Origin: Candidatus Polarisedimenticolia bacterium
Lineage (GTDB): Bacteria > Acidobacteriota > Polarisedimenticolia > JACPZX01 > DASXTC01
Assembly: GCA_050747525.1 (NCBI GenBank)
Contig: JBOGOC010000110.1
Span: 17,303 to 81,302 of the forward strand
Reading direction: 5' to 3'
Length of the DNA stretch: 64,000 bases
A program made the translations under genes and the position numbers. Under the pieces are notes generated by a model. The model saw only the letters and a list, made by a program, of their open reading frames with translations, was not told where the DNA came from and did not search any database. Positions 28,698 to 39,089 of the stretch are shown in pieces (position 1 is the first letter of the stretch; each line of letters opens with the position of its first letter).

Positions 28698-29057
28698 TTT
28701 CCCGAGTGCTCCACTCCCCCGCTGTGCCGGTTCTGAGGGCTTCGGAGCCTCACCGGGGAACCGTAAGACCCTTCGGCCTGACGAGGCAGCAGCCAGGTGC
28801 CTCTGCGTGCGCCTGCGGCACGCCCGCGGATCATAGGCTTCGCGACTTCACGCACGGCGCGTGAGGGGGGGGTCGTGAATTCGGTTCGGGCTGCGCACAG
28901 TTCGGAGTAGAATCGCCTACCGGCTATCGCCGAGCGGGCAAGGGGAGGATGTCCCGAGGCCCCCTGCGACGGCGTCCGACCCTCAACAGCATCCTCGGCC
29001 GCAACCGCAGGGACGGGCTGCGCTTCACCATCTGCCCGATGTGCAGAGGAGGCACCC

Positions 29058-32000
29058 GTGTCCCATCCCGCGCCAGGTCGTCCAGCAGCAGCCCGTTCAC
29101 TCGGACTCATCCTTCTCGCAATCGGTGCCCTCCTCGGCGGAAATGCGAGCGCCGGAGACCAGGCAGCCGGCTCCCGGCCCGAGTATTTCCTCAAGTTCGC
29201 CGGCTCGCTGCCTGAGTCCGACGGCAGTCTCTTTTCGGGAAGCCGCACGTTCGTCTTCGAGCTCTTCGGGCGCGAGCGCGGAGAGGCGCCGATCTGGTCC
29301 GAGCAGCAGGAGATCGAGGTCCGTGATGGGCGGTACTCGACCCTGCTGGGAGTCAGCGCGCCCCTCACGGCGCCTCCGGGAGACGGGTACGCGCTCGCGG
29401 TCCGTGTCGAGGGAGTGGTCGAGCCGCTCGAGGTGCACGAGATCTCGATCGCGGTGCCCGCCGGCAGGGACGGGGTCGCTCGAACCGCGGGCACCCCGAT
29501 CTACAGGCTCCTCCCCTCGACGACGGGCCGGCGCGGCCGAGGCCGGATGGCGGCGATGGCCACCGCAGCCGCGGTGTCCGAGCCGGCGGACCAGGCCATG
29601 GCCCAGGCCGGCGCTGCCGCCTCGGGGCCCAGACTCCTCTTCGTCGGTGTGGAAGTGGAGGAGACATCGGGCAACACGGACGGTTCTCTGGAGCCCGGCG
29701 AAACGGTCAACCTCAAGGTCAAGCTCTACAACGACGGCAATGAGCTGGCCTCGTCCATCTTCGGGACTCTCGACTATCTCGGGACGAATCCCGATGTGAC
29801 GATCCTCGACAAGACCGCTTCGTGGCCGAACCTGGCGGCACGCGGAGCCCCGGCGCTGACCGACTCCCCCCACTTCCAGGTCCAGCTCGCAGGCACTCTG
29901 GCCTGCGGGACGGTGCTGCCATTCCGCGTGGAGGTGACGACAGGAACGGGGGGGATCTTCGATCTCGACTTCTCGCTCAAGGCCGGCCAGAGACTCGACT
30001 ATGACATGCTCCACGACGCGATCCGCCGATTCAACGAGCAGGAGGCGAACCTCTGGGGGGCCGATCCGGGGGACAAGCTCGGCTCGAGCGTGGCGTGGGG
30101 GGACATCAACGGAGACGGGCGCGCGGATCTGATTTTGGGGGCCAGCGAAGGCGACTCTGTAGGAAACGCCCGCGGCTTCGCTGGGGAGGTCTACCTCATT
30201 TACGGGAGGTCCAGCCAGTGGACCGAAACGGATCTCCTCAGCCCGGGGACCGGCGTGGCGCGATTCTGGGGAGCGGATCCAACTGATGTCCTCGGGATCT
30301 CTGTCGCCAGCGGTGACCTGAACGGCGACGGCTTCGACGACCTCATTTTGGGAGCAGAACTCGCCGACGGTCAGGGAAACGCGCGCGCTAACGCTGGTGA
30401 GGTCTACCTCATCTACGGGAGGTCCAGCGAGTGGACCGACACGGATCTCCTCTCCCCGGCGCCCGGCGTGGCGCGATTCTGGGGGGCGGACTCCCTGGAT
30501 TTGCTGGGATCTTCGGTGGCCAGCGGTGACGTGAACGGCGACGGGTTCGACGACCTCATTTTGGGGGCCAAAGAAAGCGACTCTTCAGGAAACGCCCGCA
30601 ACGCCGCTGGGGAGGTCTACCTCATCTACGGGAGGTCCACCCAGTGGATCGACACGAATCTCCTCACCCCCCCGTCCGGCGTGGCGCGATTCTGGGGCGC
30701 GGAACCCTTTGACACGTTGGGCTCCAGTGTGGCCAGCGGAGACGTGAACGGCGACGGGTTCGACGACCTCATTCTGGGGGCGGTCTTCGGCGACTCCGTG
30801 GGGAACACGCGTTTCAACGCTGGGGAGGTCTATGTCATCTACGGGAGGTCCAGCCAGTGGACCGACACGGATCTCCTCACCCCTCCGTCCGGCGTGGCGC
30901 GATTCTGGGGGGTGGATGAAGCAGATCGCCTCGGGATCTCTGTCACCAGCGGTGACGTGGACGGCGACGGCTTCGACGACCTGATCCTGGGAGCGGACGA
31001 CGGCGACTCCGTGGGGAACACGCGCTTCCTCGCTGGGGAGGTCTACCTCATTTACGGGAGGTCCAGCCAATGGACCGACACGGATCTCCTCAGCCCGGCG
31101 ACGGGCGTGGCGCGATTCTGGGGGGCGGATAATGCCGATCACCTCGGGTTCTCTGTCACCAGCGGTGACGTGGACGGCGACGGCTTCGACGACCTGATCC
31201 TGGGAGCGTTTAACAGCTCATCCGCAGGGAGCACGCGCCTCAGTGCCGGAGCGGTTTACCTAATCTACGGGAGGTCCAGCCCGTGGACCGACACGGATCT
31301 GCTCACCCCGGCGCCCGACGTGTCGCGATTCTGGGGGGCGGATACATTCGATCACCTCGGGTTCTCTGTCGGCAGCGGGGATGTGGACGGCGACGGCTTC
31401 GACGACGTGATCCTGGGAGCGGTTTCCGGCGCTTCGGCGGGAAACGCGCGCCCCGATGCCGGAGAAGTGTACCTCTGGTACGGGAAGCCCGTGGACACGC
31501 ACTACGCCCGCTCCGACACCTACTCGTTCATCGACGCCAGCGTCGGGGCCGGTCTTCCTGCCCTTGCCTGCGATGACTGCTCCACGACAGTGCCGATAGG
31601 ATTCTCGTTTCCCTTCCATGGCGAGGAGTATTCGACCATCCACGTGTCGAGCAATGGCCTGATCTCCTTCGCGCCCATCAGCGACCTCGCCTCCGCGAAC
31701 CCGATCTGCATCCCGGCGCGCAATCCCTCGAATCTCCTGGTCGCCCCCTTCTGGGACGATCTGAACCCGGCCGCCGGAGGAGCAGGCAGCGGCGTCTTCA
31801 CCCTCCTCCAGGGGACCGCCCCGAACCGCCGGCTCACGATCGAATGGAAGGATGTCCCGCACTATCCGGCGACGGGCGGAGCGACGTTCGAGGTGACGCT
31901 CTTCGAGTCGTCGGGACAGATCCTCGTCCAGTACGGCGACACGATTTTCGGAAACAGCGCCTTCGACGGCGGCGCCGCTGCGGTCGCGGGGCTCGAGAAC

Positions 32001-33125
32001 GGCAAGGGGGCCCAGGGCACGGCCTACTCCTGCTTCTCCAATAACCTTCTGACCGGCTCGACGGCCGTGCGGTTCATCCCGACGACTCCCCTGATCGAAA
32101 CGCGGCCGGAGACCGCCACGCCCCTGTGGAGCACGACCGGTCTGTGGCATCTCTCGACAGGGGCCTGCGAGCCGGACCAGCACACGGGAAGCACGGGCTG
32201 GTACTACGGTCAGGATGCCACCTGCGACTACAACACCGCATCCGTCAACAGCGGATCCTTGAGGGCGCCGACGGTCCCTGATTTTCCCGCCGACGCCCGC
32301 CTGGCGTACTGGTACAGGAGGCAGGCCGAAGCGGGGACGTTCGATCTCTCCAAAGTCCAGCTCAGCACCACCGGGACGGGCGGCTCGTATGGGGACATTC
32401 AGCAGACAACCGATTCCACCAATGTCTGGCTCTACGCCGGTGTCACCAACATCTTCTCTGCGCCGGCGGCGACGGTCGATCTGAGGTTCTTCTTCGACAC
32501 CGTGGACAACGCCGTCAACAACACGCTCGGCTGGATGGTGGACGACGTCCAGCTCGTCGGCTGCGACGCCACCGGCGCACCCTCGATGGCCGCCGCGGCG
32601 ACCGCCTTCGCGCAGCCCGACACGTTCTGCGAGGGGGACTCGGGGGTGCTCGACGCTCTGGGCTCCTTCTGCGGAGATTCGGGATCACCCTCGGGCTATC
32701 AGTGGCGGCGCGATGGACTGGACCTGGCGGGAGCGACGAGTCTGATGCACGCGATCCCGCCGACCGAACCCGCGGGTGTCTACGACTATTCCGTCGCCAT
32801 CTCGTGTCCCGGTGGAGCCATGGATGAATCAGACGCGCAGCAGGTGACGATCGTGGCGCCTCCGGAGGCAGTGGGCCCGACCCTCGAGCTCCTCGCGTTA
32901 CCGAACCCTGCTGCCCCGGCGTCGCTGAAATTCACCTGGACGGACGTGACGGGGGCGGATGACTACGTGGTGTTGCAGGATACGACGAACGGTCCCTTCA
33001 CGACGGTGACGGGAACCGCCTCGAGCGGGTCGCCGGGTCTGACCGTTCCGCTTCCGCCGGGATCGCTCGTCTACTTCCTCGTCGCCGGACGCAACGCCGT
33101 CTGCGGGGAGGGGCCGAAGCAATGA
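29058..33125 (+). CDS. Secreted 1355-aa protein with 7-8 tandem FG-GAP repeats followed by beta-rich C-terminal domains
   Basis: GTG 29058 follows GAGGAGG. Signal peptide MSHPAPGRPAAARSLGLILLAIGALLGGNASA. Repeats RFWGADxxDxLGxSVxSGDVNGDGFDDLILGAxxxDSxGNxRxxAGEVYLIYGRSSQWTDTDLL (7-8 copies). Confidence 0.8.
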   Translation: MSHPAPGRPAAARSLGLILLAIGALLGGNASAGDQAAGSRPEYFLKFAGSLPESDGSLFSGSRTFVFELFGRERGEAPIWSEQQEIEVRDGRYSTLLGVSAPLTAPPGDGYALAVRVEGVVEPLEVHEISIAVPAGRDGVARTAGTPIYRLLPSTTGRRGRGRMAAMATAAAVSEPADQAMAQAGAAASGPRLLFVGVEVEETSGNTDGSLEPGETVNLKVKLYNDGNELASSIFGTLDYLGTNPDVTILDKTASWPNLAARGAPALTDSPHFQVQLAGTLACGTVLPFRVEVTTGTGGIFDLDFSLKAGQRLDYDMLHDAIRRFNEQEANLWGADPGDKLGSSVAWGDINGDGRADLILGASEGDSVGNARGFAGEVYLIYGRSSQWTETDLLSPGTGVARFWGADPTDVLGISVASGDLNGDGFDDLILGAELADGQGNARANAGEVYLIYGRSSEWTDTDLLSPAPGVARFWGADSLDLLGSSVASGDVNGDGFDDLILGAKESDSSGNARNAAGEVYLIYGRSTQWIDTNLLTPPSGVARFWGAEPFDTLGSSVASGDVNGDGFDDLILGAVFGDSVGNTRFNAGEVYVIYGRSSQWTDTDLLTPPSGVARFWGVDEADRLGISVTSGDVDGDGFDDLILGADDGDSVGNTRFLAGEVYLIYGRSSQWTDTDLLSPATGVARFWGADNADHLGFSVTSGDVDGDGFDDLILGAFNSSSAGSTRLSAGAVYLIYGRSSPWTDTDLLTPAPDVSRFWGADTFDHLGFSVGSGDVDGDGFDDVILGAVSGASAGNARPDAGEVYLWYGKPVDTHYARSDTYSFIDASVGAGLPALACDDCSTTVPIGFSFPFHGEEYSTIHVSSNGLISFAPISDLASANPICIPARNPSNLLVAPFWDDLNPAAGGAGSGVFTLLQGTAPNRRLTIEWKDVPHYPATGGATFEVTLFESSGQILVQYGDTIFGNSAFDGGAAAVAGLENGKGAQGTAYSCFSNNLLTGSTAVRFIPTTPLIETRPETATPLWSTTGLWHLSTGACEPDQHTGSTGWYYGQDATCDYNTASVNSGSLRAPTVPDFPADARLAYWYRRQAEAGTFDLSKVQLSTTGTGGSYGDIQQTTDSTNVWLYAGVTNIFSAPAATVDLRFFFDTVDNAVNNTLGWMVDDVQLVGCDATGAPSMAAAATAFAQPDTFCEGDSGVLDALGSFCGDSGSPSGYQWRRDGLDLAGATSLMHAIPPTEPAGVYDYSVAISCPGGAMDESDAQQVTIVAPPEAVGPTLELLALPNPAAPASLKFTWTDVTGADDYVVLQDTTNGPFTTVTGTASSGSPGLTVPLPPGSLVYFLVAGRNAVCGEGPKQ
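30045..31490 (+). repeat. In-gene tandem DNA repeat, 186-bp period, ~8 copies with high nucleotide identity (FG-GAP units)
   Basis: Near-identical blocks ...gaggtctacctcatctacgggaggtccagccagtggaccgacacggatctcctca... recur every 186 nt. Confidence 0.8.
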
Positions 33126-33137
33126 TGTGCGGGAGGA

Positions 33138-36100
33138 TCACCGCCAGTCGCCGCTGGCGACGAACGCTCCCCAGTAGAACGGATGGGTGCTGAGTCCTGC
33201 CGCCCGGCGGTCCTTCAGGACGCGCAGCCCCGCCTCGCGGACGGCGGCGGTGGTCGATCGCCGGCGCATCAACCGCGCCTCGTAGAGCGCCCGCATCCAC
33301 GTCCGGGTCGGCTCATCGCCGACCGGCCAGAGGCTCATGATCAACGACGCCGCGCCGGCGACCTGAAAGGCCCGCTGCAACCCCAGGACTCCCTCGCCCG
33401 CCTGGATCGTGCCCGTCCCGGTGCTGCAAGCGGACAGCACGACCCACTCGACCCCCGCCAGATCGAGGGTGGCTATCTCTTCGGCCGTCAGGATGCTCTC
33501 CTCTCCGCCCTCCGAGGACACCCTGTTGGCGCCCGCGAAGGCGAGGCCGGACAGGAGCATGGGACTCTCCGCTCCCGCGGAAACCGCCGGCGGTGCGACG
33601 TCTCCGGACACCACCAGAGCGCCGACCCCGCGCGTGCCGATCCCGGCCGATGGGCAGTCGCTCCCCAGCACGAACGCGTGCGTCGCGAGATGCAGAACCT
33701 TGCGCCCCGGCCCCTGACGGCGCACGACCTCTTCCGTCGCCTCCGCGCGGGTCGCAAGGACGACCACCGCGGCGTCCGGACTCTTCGCCTTGCTCCTCGT
33801 CCAGAGCCCCGCGATCTCCTGCACCTCCTGCGCCGAGGCGGGCAGCCGCTCGAACTCCAGCGCCCGGAACCCGCGGCAGCCCGGGACAGGTCCCCGGTAC
33901 ACCTCCATGCCTGGCGGCGCTTCCGCTGCGGACGGCGGCCTGGCAGCGGCGGTGACGAGCGCCGGCGCCTCGTCGAATGCCGGGTCACCAACGGCGAGCA
34001 GCCCGCTGCCGGTCGCCGTGATCGAAGGACGCAGCAGGTCCTTCTCGGTGGAGAGGCGGTGCATCATCGGCCCCTTCTCGATGAGCCACCCCGATCCGTC
34101 ATCGGGCAGTGCTTCCAGGTTGACCAGATGCAGCGAGCCGTCGGGGACGACGAAGACCGTCCCGACGCCGGCCACATGCGCCGCCACCGGATCCCACACC
34201 GCCTTGCGGAGGGCCAGACCCGAGACCCGGGCTCGCTCCACGGCCGCGGCGTCCGCGGGTGCCAGCCGCACCCCGTTCGACCACTCCGCTACGAGCGCGT
34301 CGATGGCTGCGGCGGATGCCAGGGGAACGACGCGGGCAACACCGCCGGTCCGCGCCAGCACGAATGCCAGATACCGCCGATCCACAGGGGCCTCGATGTC
34401 GGGTCGCTCGCCTGCGTGCTCGTAGAGGGCGTATGCGATCAGCGCAGCGCCACGGGGCAGCGCGCCCGCCACCTGCTCGAATCCGGCAAGGGCCTGCTGC
34501 CGCCCCGTCCGGAATCGGGCGCTGCGCTCCGCCAGTGCGCCTTCCGCCCGCTCCACGTCCCGGCGGGCGTTCATGAGGCGGTCCGGCTGCTGGGGGCTTG
34601 TGGAGTCCCAGATTTCCTGGAGAAAAAGGTTGGACATCCGGTGCCTCGCCCGATCGAGCTCCTGCTTGAGGTCGAGGACGCCGGGATCGGCGCTGGCCAC
34701 TGTGGTGCCGTGGCGCTGCGCCATCTCGTCGAGCACCAGCCCGCGCGAGCGCACCAGGGCGTCCCAGGCGGGCTGCACGATGCCCGGCTCCCGGCTCGTG
34801 GCGGCAACCGACAGGATCAGCGACAACCCGTTCGGCCTGGTCTCCGCGTAGCGGAGCGCCTGCCGCTCGGGCAGCGTCCGGTAGGTCGTGCGCAGGTGCT
34901 CGCGTCCGATCGCTTCGGCGGCCAGGGCCCTGTCCATCGCCTCTGGTCCCCGCTTCATGCTCCATAGCACCTGCCCCTGGTCCAGGAGAGTCTGGGCGAC
35001 CAGATGGTGCTGCTCCCCGAGCGCCTTCCTGCGCAGGGCCAGCGCCCGCTCCACCAGGGCGGCCGCCCGATCGAGATCGCCGAGCTGCTGATGGATGGCC
35101 GCCAGGTCGACGAGGGATGTGGCGATCTCGGGATGGTCGGCGCCAAGAGCTTTCTCCTGGATTGCCAGGGCGCGCTCACATAGGGAGCGCGCCTGCGCGA
35201 GGTCTCCGGAACGGAATCGTACCGTGGCCTGGCCGATGAGGATCGAGGCGACCGCGGGATGGTCCGCGCCGTGCGCCTGCTCACGCAGGGCGAGCGCGCG
35301 CGCGAAGAGCGCGTCGGCATCGTCCGGCTTGTCCAGCCTGGACTTCACCAGGGCAAGGTTCTGGAGCATCTGGGCCGCGCCTCGATGGTCCGGGCCGAAC
35401 CATTTCTCATGGAGGGCGAGGGCGCGCGTCATGAGGGTCTCCGCCTCCGCGTCGTCTCCCTCGTCATGAAGGATGTTGGCGAGGCTCAGCAGCGAACCGG
35501 CCACGTCGACGTGGTCGGGGCCGAGCACCTTCTCGACGACGGCCAGCTCGCGTTCCCTCAGCGATCGCGCCGTGACGAAGTCGCCGCGGGCGCGGGCGAG
35601 CGTGGCCATCGAGCCCAGCGTGTTCGCCGTGTCGCGGTGGTCCAGACCGAGGGCCTTCTCCTGGATCGAGAGGGCCCTCGCATAGAGCGACTCGGCGGCC
35701 TCGTAGTCGGCCAGTCTCCGGTGGACGTTCCCCAGGAATCCCAGAGTCTGCGCGAGCTGCGGGTGGGCCGGCCCCAGCTTCGCCTCCTCGATCGCGAGGG
35801 CCCGCTCGCCGAGCCGAAGCGCCTCCTCCATCTCGTGGGCGTCACGGTGGATGCGAGCCAGGTTGTACAGGACGATGGAGAGGGAAGCATGCTCCTTCCC
35901 GAAGTACTTTTCACGGATGGCCAGCGCCCGCTCGTACAGCCCTCTGGCTTCCTGAGGCTCTCCCATCGTCATCTTGAGGCCGGCGATGTTCACCAGGGTC
36001 GAGGCGACGTCCGGGTGGTCCGGCCCGTGGGCCTTCTCACGGATCGCCAGCGACCGGCGGAAGCATGCCTCCGCCGTGGCATGGTCTCCCATCCTCAGGC

Positions 36101-36602
36101 ACACGCCACCGAGGTTGTTGAGCTGAAGGGCCACCCAGGGGTCGTCGACACCCAGCGACTTCTCCGCGACGCTCACCGAGCGCTCGTAGATGGTCCGCGC
36201 ATCGGCGTAGCGCGAGTTCATGTTGTGGATGTTGCCCAGGTTGGTCAGGCTGAGGATCAGATCGCGGTGCACCGGCCCGAGCTTCTCTTCCTTGATCCGG
36301 ACGGCCCGTTCGGCCAGCGACAGGAGCTCCGGATCCTTGTATCGGCCGGCGCGCCACGCCGCCTCGACGATCCTGTCGATGATGGTGCCGATCGCCGGCC
36401 CGTCGGAAGGACGCTCGCGTTCGAGGGTGGCCAGGTAGAGCCGGCCCTTCTCTTCGGCTTCCTTGAGCTTGCCGGCGTCGATGAGCGACTGGAGCTCGCG
36501 GGCGGGGTCGGGAGGGGCGACCTGCGGCTCCGCGCCGACCGCCGCCGTGGCGGCGACCAGCAGCAAGGGAAGGCCCCGTGCGCGGAAGGCAAGAGAGCGC
36601 AT
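33138..36602 (-). CDS. Secreted TPR-repeat protein with a C-terminal CHAT (caspase-like) domain
   Basis: 1154 aa. Signal peptide MRSLAFRARGLPLLLVAATAAVGA. More than 12 TPR units (LxxLGxxxxxxGxYxxAxxxxxRALAI). C-terminal CHAT signature VLHLATHAF...VVLSACSTGTG (His/Cys dyad). Confidence 0.8.
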   Translation of the reverse strand: MRSLAFRARGLPLLLVAATAAVGAEPQVAPPDPARELQSLIDAGKLKEAEEKGRLYLATLERERPSDGPAIGTIIDRIVEAAWRAGRYKDPELLSLAERAVRIKEEKLGPVHRDLILSLTNLGNIHNMNSRYADARTIYERSVSVAEKSLGVDDPWVALQLNNLGGVCLRMGDHATAEACFRRSLAIREKAHGPDHPDVASTLVNIAGLKMTMGEPQEARGLYERALAIREKYFGKEHASLSIVLYNLARIHRDAHEMEEALRLGERALAIEEAKLGPAHPQLAQTLGFLGNVHRRLADYEAAESLYARALSIQEKALGLDHRDTANTLGSMATLARARGDFVTARSLRERELAVVEKVLGPDHVDVAGSLLSLANILHDEGDDAEAETLMTRALALHEKWFGPDHRGAAQMLQNLALVKSRLDKPDDADALFARALALREQAHGADHPAVASILIGQATVRFRSGDLAQARSLCERALAIQEKALGADHPEIATSLVDLAAIHQQLGDLDRAAALVERALALRRKALGEQHHLVAQTLLDQGQVLWSMKRGPEAMDRALAAEAIGREHLRTTYRTLPERQALRYAETRPNGLSLILSVAATSREPGIVQPAWDALVRSRGLVLDEMAQRHGTTVASADPGVLDLKQELDRARHRMSNLFLQEIWDSTSPQQPDRLMNARRDVERAEGALAERSARFRTGRQQALAGFEQVAGALPRGAALIAYALYEHAGERPDIEAPVDRRYLAFVLARTGGVARVVPLASAAAIDALVAEWSNGVRLAPADAAAVERARVSGLALRKAVWDPVAAHVAGVGTVFVVPDGSLHLVNLEALPDDGSGWLIEKGPMMHRLSTEKDLLRPSITATGSGLLAVGDPAFDEAPALVTAAARPPSAAEAPPGMEVYRGPVPGCRGFRALEFERLPASAQEVQEIAGLWTRSKAKSPDAAVVVLATRAEATEEVVRRQGPGRKVLHLATHAFVLGSDCPSAGIGTRGVGALVVSGDVAPPAVSAGAESPMLLSGLAFAGANRVSSEGGEESILTAEEIATLDLAGVEWVVLSACSTGTGTIQAGEGVLGLQRAFQVAGAASLIMSLWPVGDEPTRTWMRALYEARLMRRRSTTAAVREAGLRVLKDRRAAGLSTHPFYWGAFVASGDWR

Positions 36603-36776
36603 GGACGTACTCCTTGGCAGGAAGCGGGGCGACTATATCACGGTCCTGTTCGTTCCACGACAATCCGGTGTTCTTCCTTGCGGAGACAGGGAGCTCTTTT
36701 TTCTTCTGATGAGCGGCAAGGACGCGTATGATGGCGATGAAGCCGTCTGGGGTTCGGCTGAGAGTCAGGACCAGGC

Positions 36777-37403
36777 ATGCTGGAAGACCCTACCGGCCGT
36801 GGGTCACGCGGACCGGTCGATTCGTCTATATCGCCGCTCGAATCGTCGGCAGAGCTGCTGCGCCGCGCCCGGGATGGCGACTCCCAGGCTCTCAACAGCC
36901 TTTGCGAACGGATCATCCCCCCGCTGAAACGATGGGCGAGGCATCGGCTCCCTTCGTGGGCGCGCGACCTGGTCGACACCGACGACCTGGTGCAGGAAGC
37001 GGTGCTGGGTACCATCCACCAGATCGAGAACTTCGAGCCCCATCACCAGGGGGCGATCCACGCCTACCTGCGCCAGGCGCTCCAGAGCCGGATGCTCAAC
37101 GAACTGCGGCGTGCCCGCCGTCATCCTCATTCCGACGCCATCGAAGGGGACGGTCAGTTGGATCCCTCCCCCTCACCGCTGGAGGCGGCGATCGGCCACG
37201 AGGCCCTGGCGCGATACGAGTCGGCCCTGCAGCGGCTCAGACCTGACGAGCGCGAGGCGATCGTCGCACGCGTCGAGATGGGGATGGGCTACGCCGAGCT
37301 GGCGCAGGCGATCGGCAAACCGACGCCGGATGCCGCCCGCGTGGCGGTCGGCAGAGCGCTTCTCCGGCTGGCCCAGGAGATGCGGTATGAGCGAACGCGA
37401 TGA
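36777..37403 (+). CDS. ECF-type RNA polymerase sigma factor (sigma-70 regions 2 and 4)
   Basis: 208 aa. Region 2 DLVQEAVLGTIHQIENFEP. Region 4 PDEREAIVARVEMGMGYAELAQAIGKPTPDAARVAVGRALLRL. The stop overlaps the downstream kinase gene start by 17 nt. Confidence 0.8.
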   Translation: MLEDPTGRGSRGPVDSSISPLESSAELLRRARDGDSQALNSLCERIIPPLKRWARHRLPSWARDLVDTDDLVQEAVLGTIHQIENFEPHHQGAIHAYLRQALQSRMLNELRRARRHPHSDAIEGDGQLDPSPSPLEAAIGHEALARYESALQRLRPDEREAIVARVEMGMGYAELAQAIGKPTPDAARVAVGRALLRLAQEMRYERTR

Positions 37404-39075
37404 GATGACGCGGCTGATGCCGCTGGCCACACGCGTCTCCGACGGCGGGGTGGTCGACTGGGCCACCCTCCGATCGAGCGAGACCGACCCTGAGGCGCGC
37501 GCCCTCATACACGAGCTCGAGCTGGTCTCCAGCATCATGGCTGCCCACCCCGCCGCCACGCCCCGGCGTATCTGGGGGCACCTCGAGCTGATCGAAGCGA
37601 TCGGGGAAGGAACCGGAGGGATCGTCTACCGCGCGCGCGACGCGGGGCTCCAGAGCGAGGTGGCCTTGAAGCTGCTCCACCCACCCTTCCGCCCGGACAG
37701 GACCGGCCCGGTCGAGGAGGGACGTCTGCTCGCCCGCGTCCGCCATCCTCATGTCGTGATCGTCCACGGCGCCGACTGCATCGACGGCCTGGCGGGAATC
37801 TGGATGGAGCTCCTGCGGGGCCAGACCCTCGAGGAGGCTCTCTCCCGCAACGGCCCGCTGGGCCACCGCGAGGCGGCTCTGATCGGCGTCGACCTGTGCG
37901 GCGCTCTCGCGGCGATCCATGCGGCGGGCCTGCTGCATCGCGACGTCAAGACCCGCAACGTGATGCGGGAGGAAGGTGGGCGCATCGTCCTGATGGACTT
38001 CAGCTCCGCGCGCGAAGCTCCCGCGGCGGCGGGGCCCCTCGAGGAGAATATCCGCGGGACGCCTCTCTACATGGCTCCCGAGCTCCTCGCCGGCGGGCCC
38101 CCGAGCGTCCAATCCGATCTGTACAGCCTCGGAGTGGTCCTCTACCATCTCGTGACGGGCCGGTACCCCGTCCCGGCGAAGACCCTGCCGGAGCTCAGGC
38201 AGGCCCATGAGGAGCGGCGGGGGATCCCGCTCAGACAGGCACGGCCCGATGTGCCCCAGACGTTCGCCGCGGTCGTGGAGCGGGCGATCGCCGCCGACCG
38301 GGCCCACCGCTTCCCCAGCGTGAGCCATTTCGAGCAGGCGCTTGCGGCGACGCTCGGACAGGACCACAGTCTTGCCATGCCGGAGCCCGCTCGTTCTCCC
38401 CGCGTGGCTCCGTGGATCGCCGCGGCGCTGGCTCTGGTGGCGACGCTCGTCCTGACCTGGCAGGCCGGGTGGCTTCCCGGCTCTTCCACGACGCGGCCCT
38501 ATTCCGTGAGAGCCGCGATGCAGCGGCGCGGCGGCGCCACGCTGCAGCCGCTCACCCCGGGGTCGGCGGTCGCGCCGGGCGATCAGCTCGCCCTCGAGTT
38601 CGAGGCTTCCGTGCCGCTCCACGTGTACGTCATCAACGAGGACGAGCGAGGAGAGTCCTATCTCCTGTTTCCTCTCCCCGGGCTCGAGCCGCAGAACCCT
38701 CTGCCAGCCGGCCGACTCCACCGCCTCCCCGGGACGTCCCGTGGATCGCCGACCTACTGGGGAATCTCCAGCGCCGGGGGACGGGAGCACTTCCTCATCG
38801 TCGCGAGCCGTGAACGCCTGTTCGACCTCGAGAGCGATCTGGAAGCGTTCCCCCGTCCCCGCGCCGGCTCCCCTCTGTCGATGGCCCTCCTTTCCCCATC
38901 GGCCGGCGAGCGCCTCCGCGGCGCGGGGATCCTCGTGGTCGATCCCGACGCTGGCCCGGGACCCGGCTCGCCGGGCTCCCGCCTGAACCGGCTGGCCGCC
39001 TCGCTCGCCGGCGGCCCCGAGACCGCCTCGGGGACCTGGATCCGCCGCATCGAGCTCGACAACCCGGGCCGCTAG
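37387..39075 (+). CDS. Membrane Ser/Thr protein kinase with a C-terminal extracytoplasmic sensor-like domain, cognate to the ECF sigma factor
   Basis: ATG 37387 is in the long open frame. Kinase motifs IGEGTGGIVYRARD, VALKLL, HRDVKTRNVM, DFSSA, PLYMAPE. TM segment VAPWIAAALALVATLVLTW. Its C-terminal ~230 aa are paralogous to the partial ORF at the window start. The ORF track starts at 37111, but that start lies inside the sigma gene. Confidence 0.8.
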   Translation: MSERDEMTRLMPLATRVSDGGVVDWATLRSSETDPEARALIHELELVSSIMAAHPAATPRRIWGHLELIEAIGEGTGGIVYRARDAGLQSEVALKLLHPPFRPDRTGPVEEGRLLARVRHPHVVIVHGADCIDGLAGIWMELLRGQTLEEALSRNGPLGHREAALIGVDLCGALAAIHAAGLLHRDVKTRNVMREEGGRIVLMDFSSAREAPAAAGPLEENIRGTPLYMAPELLAGGPPSVQSDLYSLGVVLYHLVTGRYPVPAKTLPELRQAHEERRGIPLRQARPDVPQTFAAVVERAIAADRAHRFPSVSHFEQALAATLGQDHSLAMPEPARSPRVAPWIAAALALVATLVLTWQAGWLPGSSTTRPYSVRAAMQRRGGATLQPLTPGSAVAPGDQLALEFEASVPLHVYVINEDERGESYLLFPLPGLEPQNPLPAGRLHRLPGTSRGSPTYWGISSAGGREHFLIVASRERLFDLESDLEAFPRPRAGSPLSMALLSPSAGERLRGAGILVVDPDAGPGPGSPGSRLNRLAASLAGGPETASGTWIRRIELDNPGR

Positions 39076-39089
39076 CCCGGGCAGCCGAT

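Noticed and set aside
37111-37386. The upstream extension of the Ser/Thr kinase ORF
   Set aside because: It lies inside the ECF sigma factor gene in another frame. The internal ATG at 37387 gives the typical short sigma/partner gene overlap.
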